From the NCBI GenBank assembly GCA_010093815.1, contig ML996566.1: DNA of 64,000 bases; one strand, given 5' to 3'. Shown here in pieces: positions 1-14,300 of the stretch. Made by a program: the position numbers and the translations under genes. A model generated the notes under the pieces. The model made no database searches. It saw nothing but the letters and a program-made list of their open reading frames with translations, and had not been told where the DNA came from. Numbering within the stretch: the first letter of the stretch is position 1; each line of letters begins with the position of its first letter. The DNA is from Pseudovirgaria hyperparasitica. Lineage: Eukaryota.

Positions 1-571
1 TGATCGTCGTTACAGCGCAATGCCTTTAACCTGATTATGGGCTGGACTGATGATAATGCGATCTGTTAGCTGCGAGGTTACCTTGTAAACTATGGCCAAG
101 CCCTTGAACGGTAGAACCTAGCTGCATCACGACCTAATTCATCTTCATCTGATGCAGGGTTAATCATCGTGTTAAAAGCATTACAACCTCTCCGGGAACG
201 CGCCGAGTTGTTACGATTCATACGCTTCAGTAGTTCAAGATCGAGGATGCAGGCTGACTCTGAAGAGTATACGGTATTATTATCATTATCTAAGTAGGTA
301 CACCCCGACTCCTCATCGTGAAGTCGTTCAACGTAGCGAATGTGCCTGAGGCCTCATAGCTCACAGAACGCGTGAACATCATCTCACGCGTCAATTTGGT
401 ATCATATGCATAACGCTCATAAACAGCCCCCCAACCAAAGACATGGATGCGCCATTCCATCACAGTAACGAAGTCTGCGCCTTATCGACACATATACATC
501 GATCCTTGCTCACACAATTTTTTCGGGCCCCGAGATTTCTTTTCATGTTTGAGGTGATGCGAGTTATCCGC

Positions 572-1393
572 TTAGTAGTTTGTCGCTGGGCCGGTGTGGT
601 ATCCACCTGCACCGTTGACAGGCTTGCCAGCGCTATCATACGCAGCAGTGTTTCCGACGGTCGAGCCGGTGTATCCGGTCTCATGGCTTGGGCGCATGTC
701 AGGCTGTCCGGCGGCGAGACCACCGGTAGCGAGCTCAGCGTCGCGAGCCTCGTGAGTGGTCTTTGGGCGCGAGCTGCGCTGCCAAAACTTGCGGTTGCCA
801 GAGCCCGCAGTGTAGTTGTTAGCGGGCGAAGGGCCGAAACGCTTCTCGCGCTGGTGGTGACGACCGAGGAATAGCTGTACGACCGCAGAGATGGCAAAGA
901 GGAAAGCGCCAATGATTGCAACAGCAAAGCAAACCTGATTGTAGCGACAAGCTCTGCCAAGCGAGACGGCGTAGGTCTGAGTATCGTTCGAGCCGATTCC
1001 GAAGTCACCGTCGAAGCCGGACGATGGCGAGTTGGACGGGCCGTTGCCGAATGGGGTTTCAACATTCCCGGTGCAGCTGGTCGCGTCGCGGGTCATGATG
1101 GCGATGGCGATGAAAGCTCCGCAGAAGAGGACATCGAGTACGATTGCGAGGAAGGCGAAGAAGGTCACGCCACCAAGACAGCAAGTGAACAGTACGGCGA
1201 GTATGGTATATAGCACAGCGGCGCCAGACATGCCCTCGATGGCCTTCTCTTGATTGGTGATAACCCAGTCGCGATCAGCCTTGACGGCGAGGAAGTAGGA
1301 GTAGAAACCGAGAATGATGGCCGCACAGCAGAAAGCCAGGGCGTAGAAGAGGGTTTGAATGATGCGCAGAGCTGCGCCTGCGAGTTTAGCCAT
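572..1393 (-). CDS. MARVEL-domain four-TM integral membrane protein
   Basis: Single-exon 273-aa ORF with four hydrophobic helices (FYALAFCCAAIILGFYSYFL, AAVLYTILAVLFTCCL, FFAFLAIVLDVLFCGAFIAIAIMTR, VCFAVAIIGAFLFAISAVV) and a polar C-tail (KRFGPSPANNY). TATA-like TATAATAAA lies ~115 nt upstream. Confidence 0.85.
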   Translation of the reverse strand: MAKLAGAALRIIQTLFYALAFCCAAIILGFYSYFLAVKADRDWVITNQEKAIEGMSGAAVLYTILAVLFTCCLGGVTFFAFLAIVLDVLFCGAFIAIAIMTRDATSCTGNVETPFGNGPSNSPSSGFDGDFGIGSNDTQTYAVSLGRACRYNQVCFAVAIIGAFLFAISAVVQLFLGRHHQREKRFGPSPANNYTAGSGNRKFWQRSSRPKTTHEARDAELATGGLAAGQPDMRPSHETGYTGSTVGNTAAYDSAGKPVNGAGGYHTGPATNY

Positions 1394-2822
1394 TGCGAAA
1401 GGATGTGTTCGACGCGTTTGACTGTGTTTGTGTGTGTATGTGTGGAACGATAGTGTGGTGATGGAAGTGGACGACGCGACGAGTACGACGACGGAGCGAC
1501 GCGGGTTTATTATAGAAAAATAGAGTGGCTTGGTGATGAAGAGATAGGGTGGAGCGACAGACTTTATGCAGACACAAGTGCAGAACAGGTGACTTCCAAG
1601 GTTGCGGACTATGACATCAAAATGGCTAATAGCTGTGCTTGTGCTTGCACAACAACCAGGAACAGGAACGTTCGATAGTGGTCCGTGCCCTGGACTGCTC
1701 CACCAAGGACATGGACGGCAACGTCATTAGTCTGTGGCTTTTCGACTTTTGAGCCTGAGAGTGCAGCGATCTGGGCACTGACTATTACTGACACCGATTA
1801 TGGTACTGTAGGTAGTCTTCCACCATCATCAACTATTCTGCACGCGATCGCCTCCATCCTCGTTCTTGTCGTCGTCGTCGTCGCCGTTGTCGCCGCAAGT
1901 CATGCATCTGCTGCTGTTTCTGCCCACATCCTTGCATTTTCCCTCTCGCCATGTCGTATAGCTTCGGCTGCTCGCGGTGCACTGAAACTTTTGATTCGAC
2001 CAGCCTGCAGCCATCACACGCTTCAAGCCTGCTTTCTCGTCTTTTGGTCGTGAGAGAAGTGGCAGGCCATACCACTTTCGCCTTGGTGGTTGGGCTAGTG
2101 CTACCTACTGTTCAGTAATACCTTGTTAATGTCGACAGCAGTAGTGTCTGCTCATTTCGTTTTGTGCATACCATCACCCTTGCACCCCATCATCTACCTC
2201 CAGGGCAGGGCAGTGTGACAGCTCAAGTTCAAACTCAAGCTCAAGCTCCACCATCATTGATCGTCATTGCACCGCCACCCGACTGCCGGCTGCCCACCGT
2301 CGACGATGTGTTGGTCACGATGATCCATCCGATCGTTCTTTAGACGTGAACGTGTCTGGGACCGCCTTAGGTAGATTAGGCATCGTATCTTCCTCGCACC
2401 TAGAGCGGGCGCGACTACCAAGTTGATTGTTGGCAGGAATCGACTAGTAATGCTGCATCGCTGGTTACAGCCATAATAACACTTGTGCAGCTTCTTCAGG
2501 CTCCACGTGCCAGGTCAGGAGAGATTACCCATGTGATCGGACTGTTCTTGGCCAATCACAGACACCGCTTGAACTTGCCTTCTGCTGTTTCATCTCACTG
2601 CACTGACCAATCGTTCTCTACACACATCAACTGTTATCATCAGTATTGTTGGTAGATATCATATTCCTTCACTATTTCCGAGAATCAGTCGTGCCTCTCG
2701 ACGACTCTGCAATCCTATGGTATGATTATGATTACAAAGGCCGTTCAGATTCAAAGGCAAGGTGTATCGCATAAGACTCCCGAGCACCGTGATGTCCTCC
2801 TACATAAGACAAAGTCCGCATT

Positions 2823-4151
2823 TCACTCCAGCTTGTTTGCTTGTACCAGAATCTTGACCGTGTTGTCCTTGTTCCTGATAAGCTCCATGAATCCTCCCTC
2901 AACAACTTCATCAAACGCAATCTTCTTCGTAATCATGGCTTCTGGATTCATTCGTCCTTCAGAAATTGCGTTCAACACCAACTGGAAATCGCCGCCTTCA
3001 TAAGTTGCAATGCCCATATAGCTGCGCTCTTTGAAGCAGAAGTCGTTTGGCGTGATGGTCGCATCTTTCTCCCAGATTGCAATGTTGACAATGGTTCCAC
3101 GGGCCCTGACTGCAAGCACGCCTTGCTTGAAAGCAGCTTGTACTCCTGCACAGTCATATGCGACGTGCACGCCCCAGCCATCTGTCAGGTCACGACACCT
3201 CTGAACGATGTCCTCTTTCGTGGGATCCAGGATATGATCTGCTCCGAAGTGCCTTGCAAAATCTTTTCGCCGGCTCGACACTTCAGAGACAATGACGTTC
3301 TTGCAGCCTTTTGCCTTTAATGCTTGGATGACCGCAAGTCCTATCGGTCCTCCACCAAGAACCAGCGCGGAGTCATTGTCTTTGTAAGGGCTAAGTTCGA
3401 CTGCGTGCCAGCCGACGGCGAGAGGCTCGATGAGTGCTACTCCTTGTTAGCGACTGAACAGCATCTTATCGGGCAAAACTCACCTCCTACTTCCAGCGAC
3501 ACGTTGTCGGGAAGCTTGTAGCAGCATGACTTCGGGAGAACAATATGCTCCGACAGACCACCACCCCAGCCTATGTCCGTTGTCAATTTCAATCTGGTAT
3601 TACAAAGCTGCTGGTAGCCTACCGCTCAATCCCACGAATCCGTTAGAGTAACAGCAGTTGATGTAGCCAGCTTTGCACGCGCCGCAAGTGCCATCGTAGA
3701 TGATGGGCTGTACGCACACCCGGTCGCCAATCTTGAACTCAGTCACATCGTCTGCTACCTCTTCAACGATACCGCTGAACTCATGTCCGAATGTCAATGG
3801 CACTGTCTCTCCAGTGATTGGGTGGGGAGTAGTCGGGCATAGACCTGGTCCGCCGAGGAACTCATGTAGGTCTGGAAACACGTCAGTCGCGCGACTCTGT
3901 CGACTCAACAACATGGCCTGGGATACTCACCACTTCCACAAATACCACACCATATCGGTTTCACCTGTCATTTGATAAGCGTTCACTCTCTCATCCAACT
4001 GCAAGGCGGTCTTGCAAACCTTGACTTGTCCCTTGTTGACCTGTGGTACAGGTATGGTGTCGATTCTGATGTCCTCTTTGCCATGAAAGCGTACAGCTTT
4101 CATAGTCTCGCCCGACGGCTCGGGAATCTGATGCTCTTGAGTATGTGACAT
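2823..4151 (-). CDS. Zinc-dependent MDR dehydrogenase, (R,R)-butanediol dehydrogenase/BDH1-like; 5 exons
   Basis: Spliced product shows MKAVRFHGKEDIR, WCGICGSDLHE, TFGHEFSG, structural Zn CGAC..GYINCC, GGGPIG and YDCAGVQ. GT-AG introns at ~3965-4019, 3872-3930, 3571-3622 and 3437-3483. Start is ATG 4151 or 4103. Confidence 0.9.
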
Positions 4152-5471
4152 TGTACGGTCCGCGTACTCTGAATTGATGGAGGGAGTAGAGGAGCCGTGC
4201 AGTCGGCGGAGGTCAAGAGGGACGATTGAGCCCAAATAGAAAGAGCAGAGCAGAGGCAAAACTTGTTAGCACGCGAAGGGCACAGTCGCGAACAAGGATC
4301 CATGGAGATTTAGAGATCGTGGGCCCCGCATCTGGCGCGTCGCATCGCACCAAGCTTAGAAAAAAAAGACGTGGTCTGATTGCCAATTGGGGCATCCCGG
4401 GCTTCCCAAACAGGGTATCCCCTGAGGCCCCGCGATTTCCGACTGCAGCTGGCTGCCGATAACCACGCGGAAGGCGGGGAGCAACAGGGCGATTCTGAAA
4501 GCTCCCTAGCTGCAACTCATTCCCAGGATCTTCGTTGACGATAGCTCTGTTCGGCAGATGCTCTAGAGGTTCAGGCAGTCTGTAGGAGAAAGTGAAGATC
4601 AGAATAGATGTGCGGTGAGAGGCAGCCAAGGCCAAGGCCAAGTCAGCATTCCATGCAGTGCCTGCGCCAAGCCATACTGGAGACTAGGAACTGGGAAACT
4701 GGAGAACTGGACACAAGAAACTGAAGATAATTACCTGACCGACTTCGGAGTCTCAGGACTGAGATAGATGCCAGGATGCATGGTTTACTGAGTGTTCGTG
4801 GCCTGAGGCCGCATCCTGCTGCCTGAGGCTGAAAGAGTGCGATTGGTGGAATGATAGAGGGCTCTCTTGCCCACTCAACCGTGCTCTCTCGCGCCTTCCT
4901 CGCGCAAACAATCCCCCGCGCTAACACCTGGCATTGGTCGTCATTCTGACATCCGGATGTACCATTGACGACGACCTTACTTACTTCACCTCACCTCACG
5001 CCCCGCCACATGGCTCGATATGAGAGAACACAGAAACAGACAAACACACCACTCAACAGCAGCACCTGTGTCAACAAGTGAAGATGCTCTAAGACGTGGC
5101 GTGGTAGCTTGGACATGAGGGGTTGTAGAGCTCAAGGATGCATGATGCCGTAGGGATGGAGACTGAATCAGAGTCTCGCGGGAGTTTTGCCGGGCGCCAT
5201 AATTATGACTGCTTTGCCCTCCGCTCTCAGCACAGTGGGCACTATCGAAAGGCAGCTTGACCGAAGTTGATGCGCCTTCTATTGCTCGGGCATGACCTCA
5301 CTGGCGGGATTTCTGGCCTTGACGTCTCGCTCATAGCTAGCTCAGGACTTCTGCACTTCTCTCACTATAAAATATCCACCCCGCCAGCTTTCAATTTGCC
5401 TCTTCAGTCAATTTTCCCCTCTATTCGACCACACCTCCATCCCATTTGTGTTGCCATCCCAATTGACAACT

Positions 5472-6681
5472 ATGCCTTACCCAGAGACTGCCACCGGCTT
5501 CCAGGTCACTGACCTCAAGAACTGGAGCACCTTCACCAAGCAAGAAGTGAGCAGAGGATCTGGTCTCATCGAGTAACTGCCTCGCTGACACTCTTCGACA
5601 GTTCAAGCTCAAGCCCTTCGAAGACGACGATATCGACATTGCCATTGATGGTGAGACTCCCGAGATTTGAATAAACAAGTACCATCTCTGACGCTGCTCC
5701 ATTCTAGCTTGCGGTGTCTGTGCCTCCGATGTCCACACAATCAGCGGCGGCTGGAGTGAGGACGTTCCTCTCCCCCTCTGTGTGGGTCACGAAGTCATCG
5801 GACGCGTGATAAAGGTCGGCAAGAACGTCAAGGACATCAAAGTCGGCGACAGAGCTGGTGTGGGTGCTCAAGTCGGCGCCGACCTGACGTGCGGCCAATG
5901 CAAGCAGCAAAACGAGAACTACTGCCCCAACCAAATCGACACATACGGTGCCCCATATCCAGACGGCACGCTCTCCCAGGGCGGATACGCAAGCCACATA
6001 CGCGCCCATCAGTACTTCACGTTCAAAATTCCCGACGGTCTAGACACTAATCTCGCAGCACCAATGCTCTGCGCCGGTCTCACAACCTACTCTCCCATAA
6101 AGCGACTCGGCGCCGCACCAGGAAAGAACATTGCAATCGTGGGCCTCGGAGGCCTAGGCCATTTCGGCGTCCTTTGGGGCGTCGCCCTCGGCGCAGACGT
6201 GACCGTCCTCTCACACTCGCCGTCCAAGAAAGATGACGCCCTCAAGCTCGGCGCGAAGCACTTTGTGTGCACCAAGGACAAGGACTGGGCAAAACCGCTA
6301 GCATTCAGCTTCGACTTCATCATCAACAGCGCCGACGCAACGGACAAGTTCAACCTGCCAGACTATTTCAGCACGCTCAAGGTCGGCGGCTCGTTCCACA
6401 TGGTTGGTTTCCCCGACAATCCGCTGCCGGCCATCCAGGCGCAGGCTTTTGCCGGTACTGGTAACTACATGGGTGCCTCCCACATTGGCAATCACCAGGA
6501 GATGGTCGAGATGCTGCAGCTGGCGGCGGACCAGAAGATCAAGAGCTGGGTGCAAGAGATCAAAATCTCTGAAGCTGGCTGCAAGGAGGCGGTCGAGAAG
6601 GTCTACAACGGCGGCGAGAATGGTCCTAGGTACAGATACACACTGACTGGCTTTGACGAGGCATTCGGAAAGCGATACTAA
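5472..6681 (+). CDS. NADP-dependent zinc alcohol dehydrogenase (ADH6/cinnamyl-alcohol dehydrogenase family); 3 exons
   Basis: MPYPETATGF start, then two short introns, then ACGVCASDVH, GHEVIG, CGQC...NENYC, APMLCAGLTTYSP and GLGGLGH. TATAAAA at ~5367. Confidence 0.92.
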
Positions 6682-7276
6682 AGTCTTCGAAGCGGAAGTG
6701 ATGGTATTTTTTCCTTCTTCATTCATGTAGCATATATTAGAGAGAATTCCAACGCAGTTAATAGCACCCATTCCTCTCATGTACTCTCAATCGTGACAGA
6801 CAATACGGGCCGTAGTATGGATAAGCTAACGATTCTATGATCTCAGGGTCCACTCAATCTCAGCTAACAACCCAAACCTTTGCAACCGAGAAATCACACA
6901 AAGACGTTATCATATTCAACACACAGGCACAATTTGCAAGACACAGAATTTCTCTATTCAAAAAGAGACCGAGATTTCGTCATATCTACTACATTGCGCC
7001 CACAATTCAGAGCAGTTTTTAATGCTCATGCTAGATTAAATGTATGTCCGCAACATCATTCGGAACATTCGTCCGTTTCGTCCAGGCAGGACAGGACCAA
7101 GTGAAAATATAATAAACCAACAAAAACGCCAGATCGAAACCGATATATGCCGCAGCAGCCGACACAGGTTTTTTTTCATGGATTTTTCTTCTTCTTCTCC
7201 AACCCCCTATGTATGATGTAGATGCTAATGAGATTCGTCATTCGGGGGTAGTGTTTTTTTCCTTCCCCGCGTCTTA

Positions 7277-10244
7277 TTATAACATGCTCCTCCTCTTATT
7301 CGAGAACTTGTCGTACAAGTCCAACATCGGGCTCTTCGGATGGCGGCCTGGTGTCACGTGCGGCTCGGGTGTCTGGTAGTAGCTGCTAGGGATCTTGAGA
7401 TTCCGCTTGACCAGACCGCGAGACCTGCCAATCGGTACGACGCCCGACACCATATACAAGTGGCCGACCTGGTCAGACTGGGCGTCCATCTCGACGAACC
7501 AGTTCGAGTTGTATTGCTTCCGGATAGGACCCCGACCACATGCCCCATTCAATTCTGCGCTCGGCGGCGAATTCATTGCTATCGCGAACATGTTTGGCGG
7601 CTCGGTGTAGTCGGTGATGAAACCCCTCTCTAATATGAAGTACAGGCATACAAGCAGGTTCATTGTGAAGACGGTGAGCAGGACCACGTAGAAAGCTTTG
7701 GCGTTCTCGGAATGGACGCCGGATGTGTAAAGCTGGGACTGGATGAGAGTGTCAAATGGCTTGTAGGTACCATTCTTGAAGTTTTCTGGATTATAACTCT
7801 ACAATCTCCACGTTAGTAGGTATTGGGAACACACATCGTGGAGTACAAACCGCGAGGTCGAATGGCGAATCTCGGACTCCCATAAGCAGCGTAGAGCTAG
7901 CCATGACGGCTAAAGCCTCACTGGGGCTTGGCATGCTGGTGTTTAGTTGGAAATCTTTGAGGGCCAAATGGGTCAGTACTCTCATGTTGCTCCCGTTACC
8001 AGCATGCAGCCCGTCGTTGAGATTGACGCCGTTGCCCCATTCCGAGCCCATCCATATCCAGTCTTTGCTCGCATTGGTGCCACCTTGGATTGCTGCATCT
8101 TCTGGATGCTTTTTATCGAACTGCATCTCCTGGTCTTCTTCCTCACAACTCGCTCGAAGTGATCCACGATTCACTCCATCAGCTACATACCGCGTGGCGC
8201 ATTTCGCTGTCAAAGACGTTTTTATTGAGCAAAAGAGATAAGTTTCTCTGTCAAACAAGACTCGAGGGGGTCTACCAAGCATGTATATCTGCTCCCTGCC
8301 GTGCAATCCGGAATGATTCAGGATGGTGTTGTACTCGACGGGAAACCTCGGAAATATGGGGCGTGAATGTACTGTGTCAGGGAAGCTCGCTGTAGCATTG
8401 TCATAAGATACTAGACCATTCCCGCTCCAACCAAATAGATCATCCATCATAGTCTCATTGCTTGGTGCTTGGAGACCCCCACTGATAGTCTCAAAACTAC
8501 CAGCATTCCAATTGTCGATGATTAAGGATTGTTGCTCCGGATCTCCCGTTTCCCAGGACTCATAAATGATGGGTTCCAGGTCTTCACGATACAGGTTCAC
8601 ACAGGTGACATGTACGACAGGCGACACAACAGAAGCACGTAGGGAGTAGACCCCCTGCCCGTCTAGATCTGACGGCTGCAAGATACCGTTGCTAGCATTC
8701 ACAGCAGCTGACATGACGCCTACATGAGGCATAGCCAAATGGACTTGGTGTATGACTCGGTCAAGGTTGAATTCTTTGGAGGATTCCTCAACTGTCTTGA
8801 CATCGATCCAAGAGCCAGTGACTTCGGTTTGGTTTTCCCACAACGCGATCCCACGTGGCCGCGTCTTCATGTCTTGCGTAGCATTCAAATCTGGTGCAGT
8901 CCATAGGCCAAAATACTGAATGTAATTCTGGTAAGACTGGGCGGCGTATTCGATTTGTAGACAGCTAAGATGGGCTTGTTTGAGACCAGTTGAGTTGGAA
9001 TAAGTATTATTGTCGGCTGGATTCGATGGGTCTCCAAGGTCGTTTAGCTGCGGCGTTCTGCATTGACTAGCGACGTGGACCGCATTCCCAAAACCTGTTA
9101 GGATGGGATTTTGTAAAGCCTGGGGCCCCCATTTATTGAACTTCAGTTGTGGTTGTACCAGAGCAGTGGCAGCGGATGTGTACAAAGTAGCCATTACGGC
9201 AGCCACCAGACTAAGAACACCAAGGACACTACAGCCAGCGTACCAAACGGTCTCCCAATGTGTAAAAAGGACTCCAGGCTGCATGATCCACGTCCGCATA
9301 TTCATCTCCGCTATCGTAATTCCCCAGCCATTCTTCTTATTGAACGCTCTTCGAGACAATGCCTGTCCAAGAAACGCAACGAAGGCTGTAGCAAACGATA
9401 ACTCGATAGTTTTTGCAAGTACAGATACCAGGATTATCGCTCCATTGGGATTCAACTTTGATTTGCTGTTGATCCAGGGATATGTTGGGCCACACACAGC
9501 TATCACTAGGAATAACCCCGAAAGGACTGTAGAGTAGACGGATAAGATATAAATGGTGAGACTCAGACAATGAGTGGAGTTCTGGTAGAACGTATTGTGG
9601 CTTATACAATCTCTGTTTGGATCCCACCCTGTAGTATATGCAGACCTTTTTGAGCGAGTAGACTGTCCCCGGTGGAGATGCTCGTCGTCGCCCCGCTCCA
9701 GGTAAGGGTCGTACTGGTCACCATGATCATCGTAGCGATCCGAATTCAACGATGAGATGGACGGCTTAGTATTTCGATGGCCTTTCCAATTGGCACCTTC
9801 TGGCACGCCATCTCCCCTATGAATTGTGTCTTGTTGGAATCCGTATGGTGAAACGGGTGACAAAAAACCTTCAGCCTGTTGTAGACCTGATGTTGTGTCT
9901 GCGGACTGAGCGGCCAATGGCTCATGGGAGCGAGGGCTTTGTTGCCTCGTCGATTGGTTCGGTCCTAGTGTGATAGGCTCGGGATCGTATGTTACTCTTT
10001 TCGCCGGTCGCCCAAGGGGAGGCGAGACTGGAGAGGTAGGGTCGTCTATGCCTAGACCGCGCGCAGCATCATCATCATCATCATCATCATTCTCACCCTC
10101 ATCATCAAACGGGTTCACACTCGAAACGAGCGGTTCGTAGCCTGATCCGTGAGAGTGCGGAGAATATGAAAGATCTGCGAGCTCGGAAGAATCGAGATAC
10201 GCCGGGTCGTGGGCGTCGCGAGGATCTGGCGGACTAGCAGACAT
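7277..10244 (-). CDS. Uncharacterised fungal multi-pass membrane glycoprotein (~970 aa); 2 exons
   Basis: The 817-aa and 136-aa ORFs join through a 52-nt GT-AG intron (7799-7850). Disordered N-terminus, three TM helices (AKTIELSFATAFVAFLGQALSRRA), a large N-x-S/T-rich luminal region, and a C-terminal TM followed by DYTEPPNMFAIAMNSPP. Confidence 0.8.
10066..10090. repeat. (CAT)n/(GAT)n coding microsatellite encoding poly-Asp
   Basis: catcatcatcatcatcatcatcat run inside the 7277-10244 gene (NDDDDDDD). Confidence 0.8.
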
Positions 10245-11376
10245 GCCTTGAGAGTTGAGGGAATTTTTGGCGCCTTGCAGCCTGATCGAGCGTTGAGGTA
10301 GCTATCGCGGGTGTGGGTTGTTGGGTGGGGTAGACTGCCCGTGACGGGAGGCTCATCAAGCGCGACACTGGCTTCGAAGGGGCTGGGTATTCGCGGTCGC
10401 AATGGAAGATAGATGTGTAATGGATCCAGTGTGAGAGCGAGGAAGATGTAGAAGGGAGGAAATAAGAAACAAGGAAGTGAGGTTGTAAGGACGTGAAGAG
10501 TGGGAGCAGACGTAAAGGCCGTAAAGTTGAATGTTGGAAACCAGGGCATAACAATACCTTCTTATTATGATTATTGCACGGATGGCAAGCACAAAACGCC
10601 CAGAGCCAAAGCACAATCGCGGCACCGCATACTTCACGCTGTGGTCTTGCTTACTATGAGATACTACGACTACTAAGGTACTGTAGTCTGTGGGGGCCAT
10701 GGAATGGGCAGCAAGGAATGTCTCGTCGTCATCTGCATTAGTCTGGAGGAGATGAGGATTAGTGCTCAGCCTTGCGTGCTGTCTTCCCTTCAGCCTCGTG
10801 CCACGCAGCTGCAATTACTAACCTCTTACGCCCGCAGCATATTGGAACACGTCCAATCACTTGCTGGACCCGTTTCGATGCTGTTGTACTGAGGCGCAGT
10901 TGAAACGCTGCTGATGGCTACTATTTCATTCGCCGGGCATCTGCATCGAGTCCTCGGCGTCATATCGCGTTGTTCAAGGCCCTGGACTCTTTATAATTAG
11001 AACACAGCACAGTACGGTGAACTGTTGCTTGGCTTGGCATACTGCATTGTACTATGTTTATATACAGCCTTGTTGTATATGTGTGTGTATGGGCAGACGA
11101 CCATGCAAACCAATCGCCTTGTGTGAGCATCTAGTAAACGACCTGCACTTCGCTTCGTTGCTGCCCACGCTGCCGGCTAGCTTGCCTTCCGTCTGTCCTT
11201 AAACTTCCTTCCTCATTACAAGTACAACATGCTAAGTGCCGCTACTTCAAGCCAACGCAGAGAAGAAATCCCACCATTGTAACACTGTCCGTCGTTGTCA
11301 CTCATATACCTCTCACAACCTGAAGCGCCATGGAATGCTGCATGTTGATGGTGCCCTGTGAGCGCTGCTTGTGTGT

Positions 11377-14300
11377 CTATGCGAAGCCAAAGTATTCGCT
11401 TCCGGCTGTCATGGCTGTGTAAAGCTGTTCGCGAAGTTTCTCGTAGCTGATATATTCTGGTAGATCGAGTTCTACGGTCATGTTAGCAATGCTACTAGCG
11501 TTCAGCATGATGAGAAGATGCTACTTACGATTGAAACAAGTGTGGGAGCTGGGCAGCCTGTCTTTGTTGCCTGGGTCCCGGTGGATGTTGAACTTGTTGA
11601 ATCCGTTCATTCCTTCGAGCTCCTTGAACCCGTTCAACGGAACTTTGCTGGTTCCCGTGACAAACTGCAATAGCTTCGCACGCTCCTCTTTGTCAAAGGA
11701 TCGTACTGCTCGCCAAAACCACTGTACTTGAGGAGCTGCCGCCGTGTAGCTGTGGTAATCGGTATTGTTTTTCCAGTCATCGACGTCGATATCGGGCAAA
11801 CCAGATATAAGCAATTCAAGTTCCTGTTCGTTGAATATTGATATGAGCTCGGCTGGAATGATGTCATGGAATCCTTTAAGAAAGCTTTCCAATTGCTCCT
11901 GAACAGACCCGGTGAGTTTGTACTCCACCACGAGGCGTACGTATTCGTGCTTGTTTTCTTCTGTCACAGAGATATTGCGCCCATTCTCAATCAAATCAAT
12001 CGTTTGAGCATCGCCAAAGTCGTCCGTCTCGGTGGAGAATGTTTCGGTTATGATGTCAGTGATGTCGTTCTCCAACATCCAGAGGAGTGACTTGTAGTAT
12101 TCTACGTCGAGGCTTTCCATATCTTTGATGCTGACAGGCTTGCCAAGGATACGCTTGTACACAGCTCTACTGAAGTGGCAGTCGAGCACGCGGCCCTCAT
12201 AGAGGGCTTTGCCGATGATACGACCGATGAATTTAAAGAAAGTGAGGTGCTCCGAGTTGACGCTACTCAAGCGGTTTGGATGGAAGGTAGTGCGATCAGA
12301 TGCAACAGGGACAAATAGTGCGTAGTTTGCATCAAACATTTGTCTCGCGAGGACTTGAAACCATTCGCGTGTCACACCACCAGCATCAACACCCTCCTCT
12401 CCATGAAACCTAATGTTCAATTTTCCATACTTCATCTCATCAGCCGACTTGAAGTATAACGACCTGAATGAGTCAAGGAACACTTGATCACGTCGAACAG
12501 ACAGTTGTAGAGGCTGGTGGGGTTGGCGGGTCTCAGTACGGCTGTGGAGGCGTCGGCTGAAGTAGTTGCGTTTGTTGTCGAACTCGAGAACCTTCGAGTT
12601 CCTTACCAGTAGGGAGAAGGAGCCGCTCATGAGTTTCGGATTGTGACGAACCAAATCGTTGAGGATCTTGCGATGATCCTCCGTGAAAGCGAAGAAAAGA
12701 TTCTCCATGCGGCTCTCCGGTGGCGGACTAGACAGCGTGAACTCTTTCTGGTGGCTCTTCGCAGCATGAGAATCCTTCAAAGACGTATTTTTGCAAACTA
12801 TCATTAGTATCTCTATAAGAGGTAGCAGGATCGTAGCTACGTTGAACATGTTCTCACGCTGGCGGATGGCCGCAAGGCACTCGCTTAGTTTGCCCCAGAG
12901 TGAAGCGAAGGTCGGATTCTCGTAGAGTCTGGTTAATATGTCTTCTTTTTGTGCAATTGAGAGACCTGCACTTGATTTGGCTGAATGTTTATCTTGCGCA
13001 TCTGCACGTTTGGGATCAAACAAGTAGTCGAGAGCAGTCAATACACGAAGCAGTTTTGCCTGGTCAGAACTCGCAGGGGAGAAGTTGGCGAGCGCCAAAC
13101 CTTGCACATCAGTCCCGGTACGGGCCGTCGATATCTGTATAACAAGCTCTGCAAGATCATTGAGAATCGACTGGCCAAGGTCTTGAGACTGACTTATCAA
13201 CTCTTGACCGAAGACCTCTTTTGCGCCTGGAATTGCAGACAAGTAGCTAATCACCGACAAGGTGTCGCGAAACGTTTTGCTGCTGCATTCTCGAGCAGCC
13301 AAAATGTTAACTACGAGACGAAGATTGTAGTCCGGCACTTCAGGTGCCGTCAGAGCTTTCGGCTTCTTCAAGGTCTCATGCAAAGACTCTTCGGGCTTGT
13401 TACTTTCTGCCTGGGTAGTTGTAGAAGCCATACCAGTCGTAGAGGCTTCCGCAGTTGCAGCCATAGATACATCGACTGTGGTAGATGTACCGGCGGAGTT
13501 TGATATCGACAGACCAGTTGCATCGATAGCTGACGCCGTTACGGCGCTAGGTGTGGCAGGAACTCCCTCATTGGTCACTTGACCCAGCGCTTGCTCGACT
13601 TTCCCTTGTTCTTTCTTGACCAGTACCTGCAATGGTACAGTTATCTTTGAAAGCAGCGCCGCCAATTGCTCCATGACAATCGAACTTTCGATGATAACTT
13701 TACGATCCAGCAAACTAAGAAGGGCGTTCAATGGAAAACGGCTGACTTTGTTTTCTTTATTCTTCCCTTTCCGGGGTGTTTTGGTTTTCAGCGAAGCAGC
13801 TGTTGTTTCGTGCTCCGATAGGAAGAACGAAGGGATGTGACTATCCTTCTCAGCCAGGAATGATAAGGTAGTCAAACATTGTTGCACCACCATCAGGGGC
13901 GACAACTCGGAATGCGAAGAAGTGTATCCAGATATAGACCGCTTAGGCTGAGGTGTTTTTTGAAGTGTCGGTTGTTTCGCGCGTATTGTCAATTGAGCAA
14001 AGCTTCGTTCCACTGCGTTGACATCGGCACTCCCATCTTGTAGAATTGACAGTAAAATACTAATTACTTCGGCTCGATTCTGGCGGTTTTGACAAACGTT
14101 TTTCAAGGTCTCGTTCAGATAGCGTTTCTCCTGTGGAATAAACATGAGACGGAGCAGGGTCGCAATACCTGCCTTGTCTAACATTTGAGCTGCTGGTCGA
14201 GGTTTTGCTTTCTTCTGGCTTTCTTCGCCGATAGAGAGATTAAGTATTCGGGGTCTCTCCGCACGGTGTACGCCGTTGAACTGGTTCAAATGTCGATCTC

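Noticed and set aside
443..1253. Overlapping ORFs of 143, 201, 60 and 73 aa at the MARVEL locus
   Set aside because: Antisense or alternate-frame shadows of a GC-rich coding gene, with no motifs.
1609..2075. ORFs upstream of the MARVEL gene
   Set aside because: Produced by a (GTC)n low-complexity run in promoter DNA, with no domain signal.
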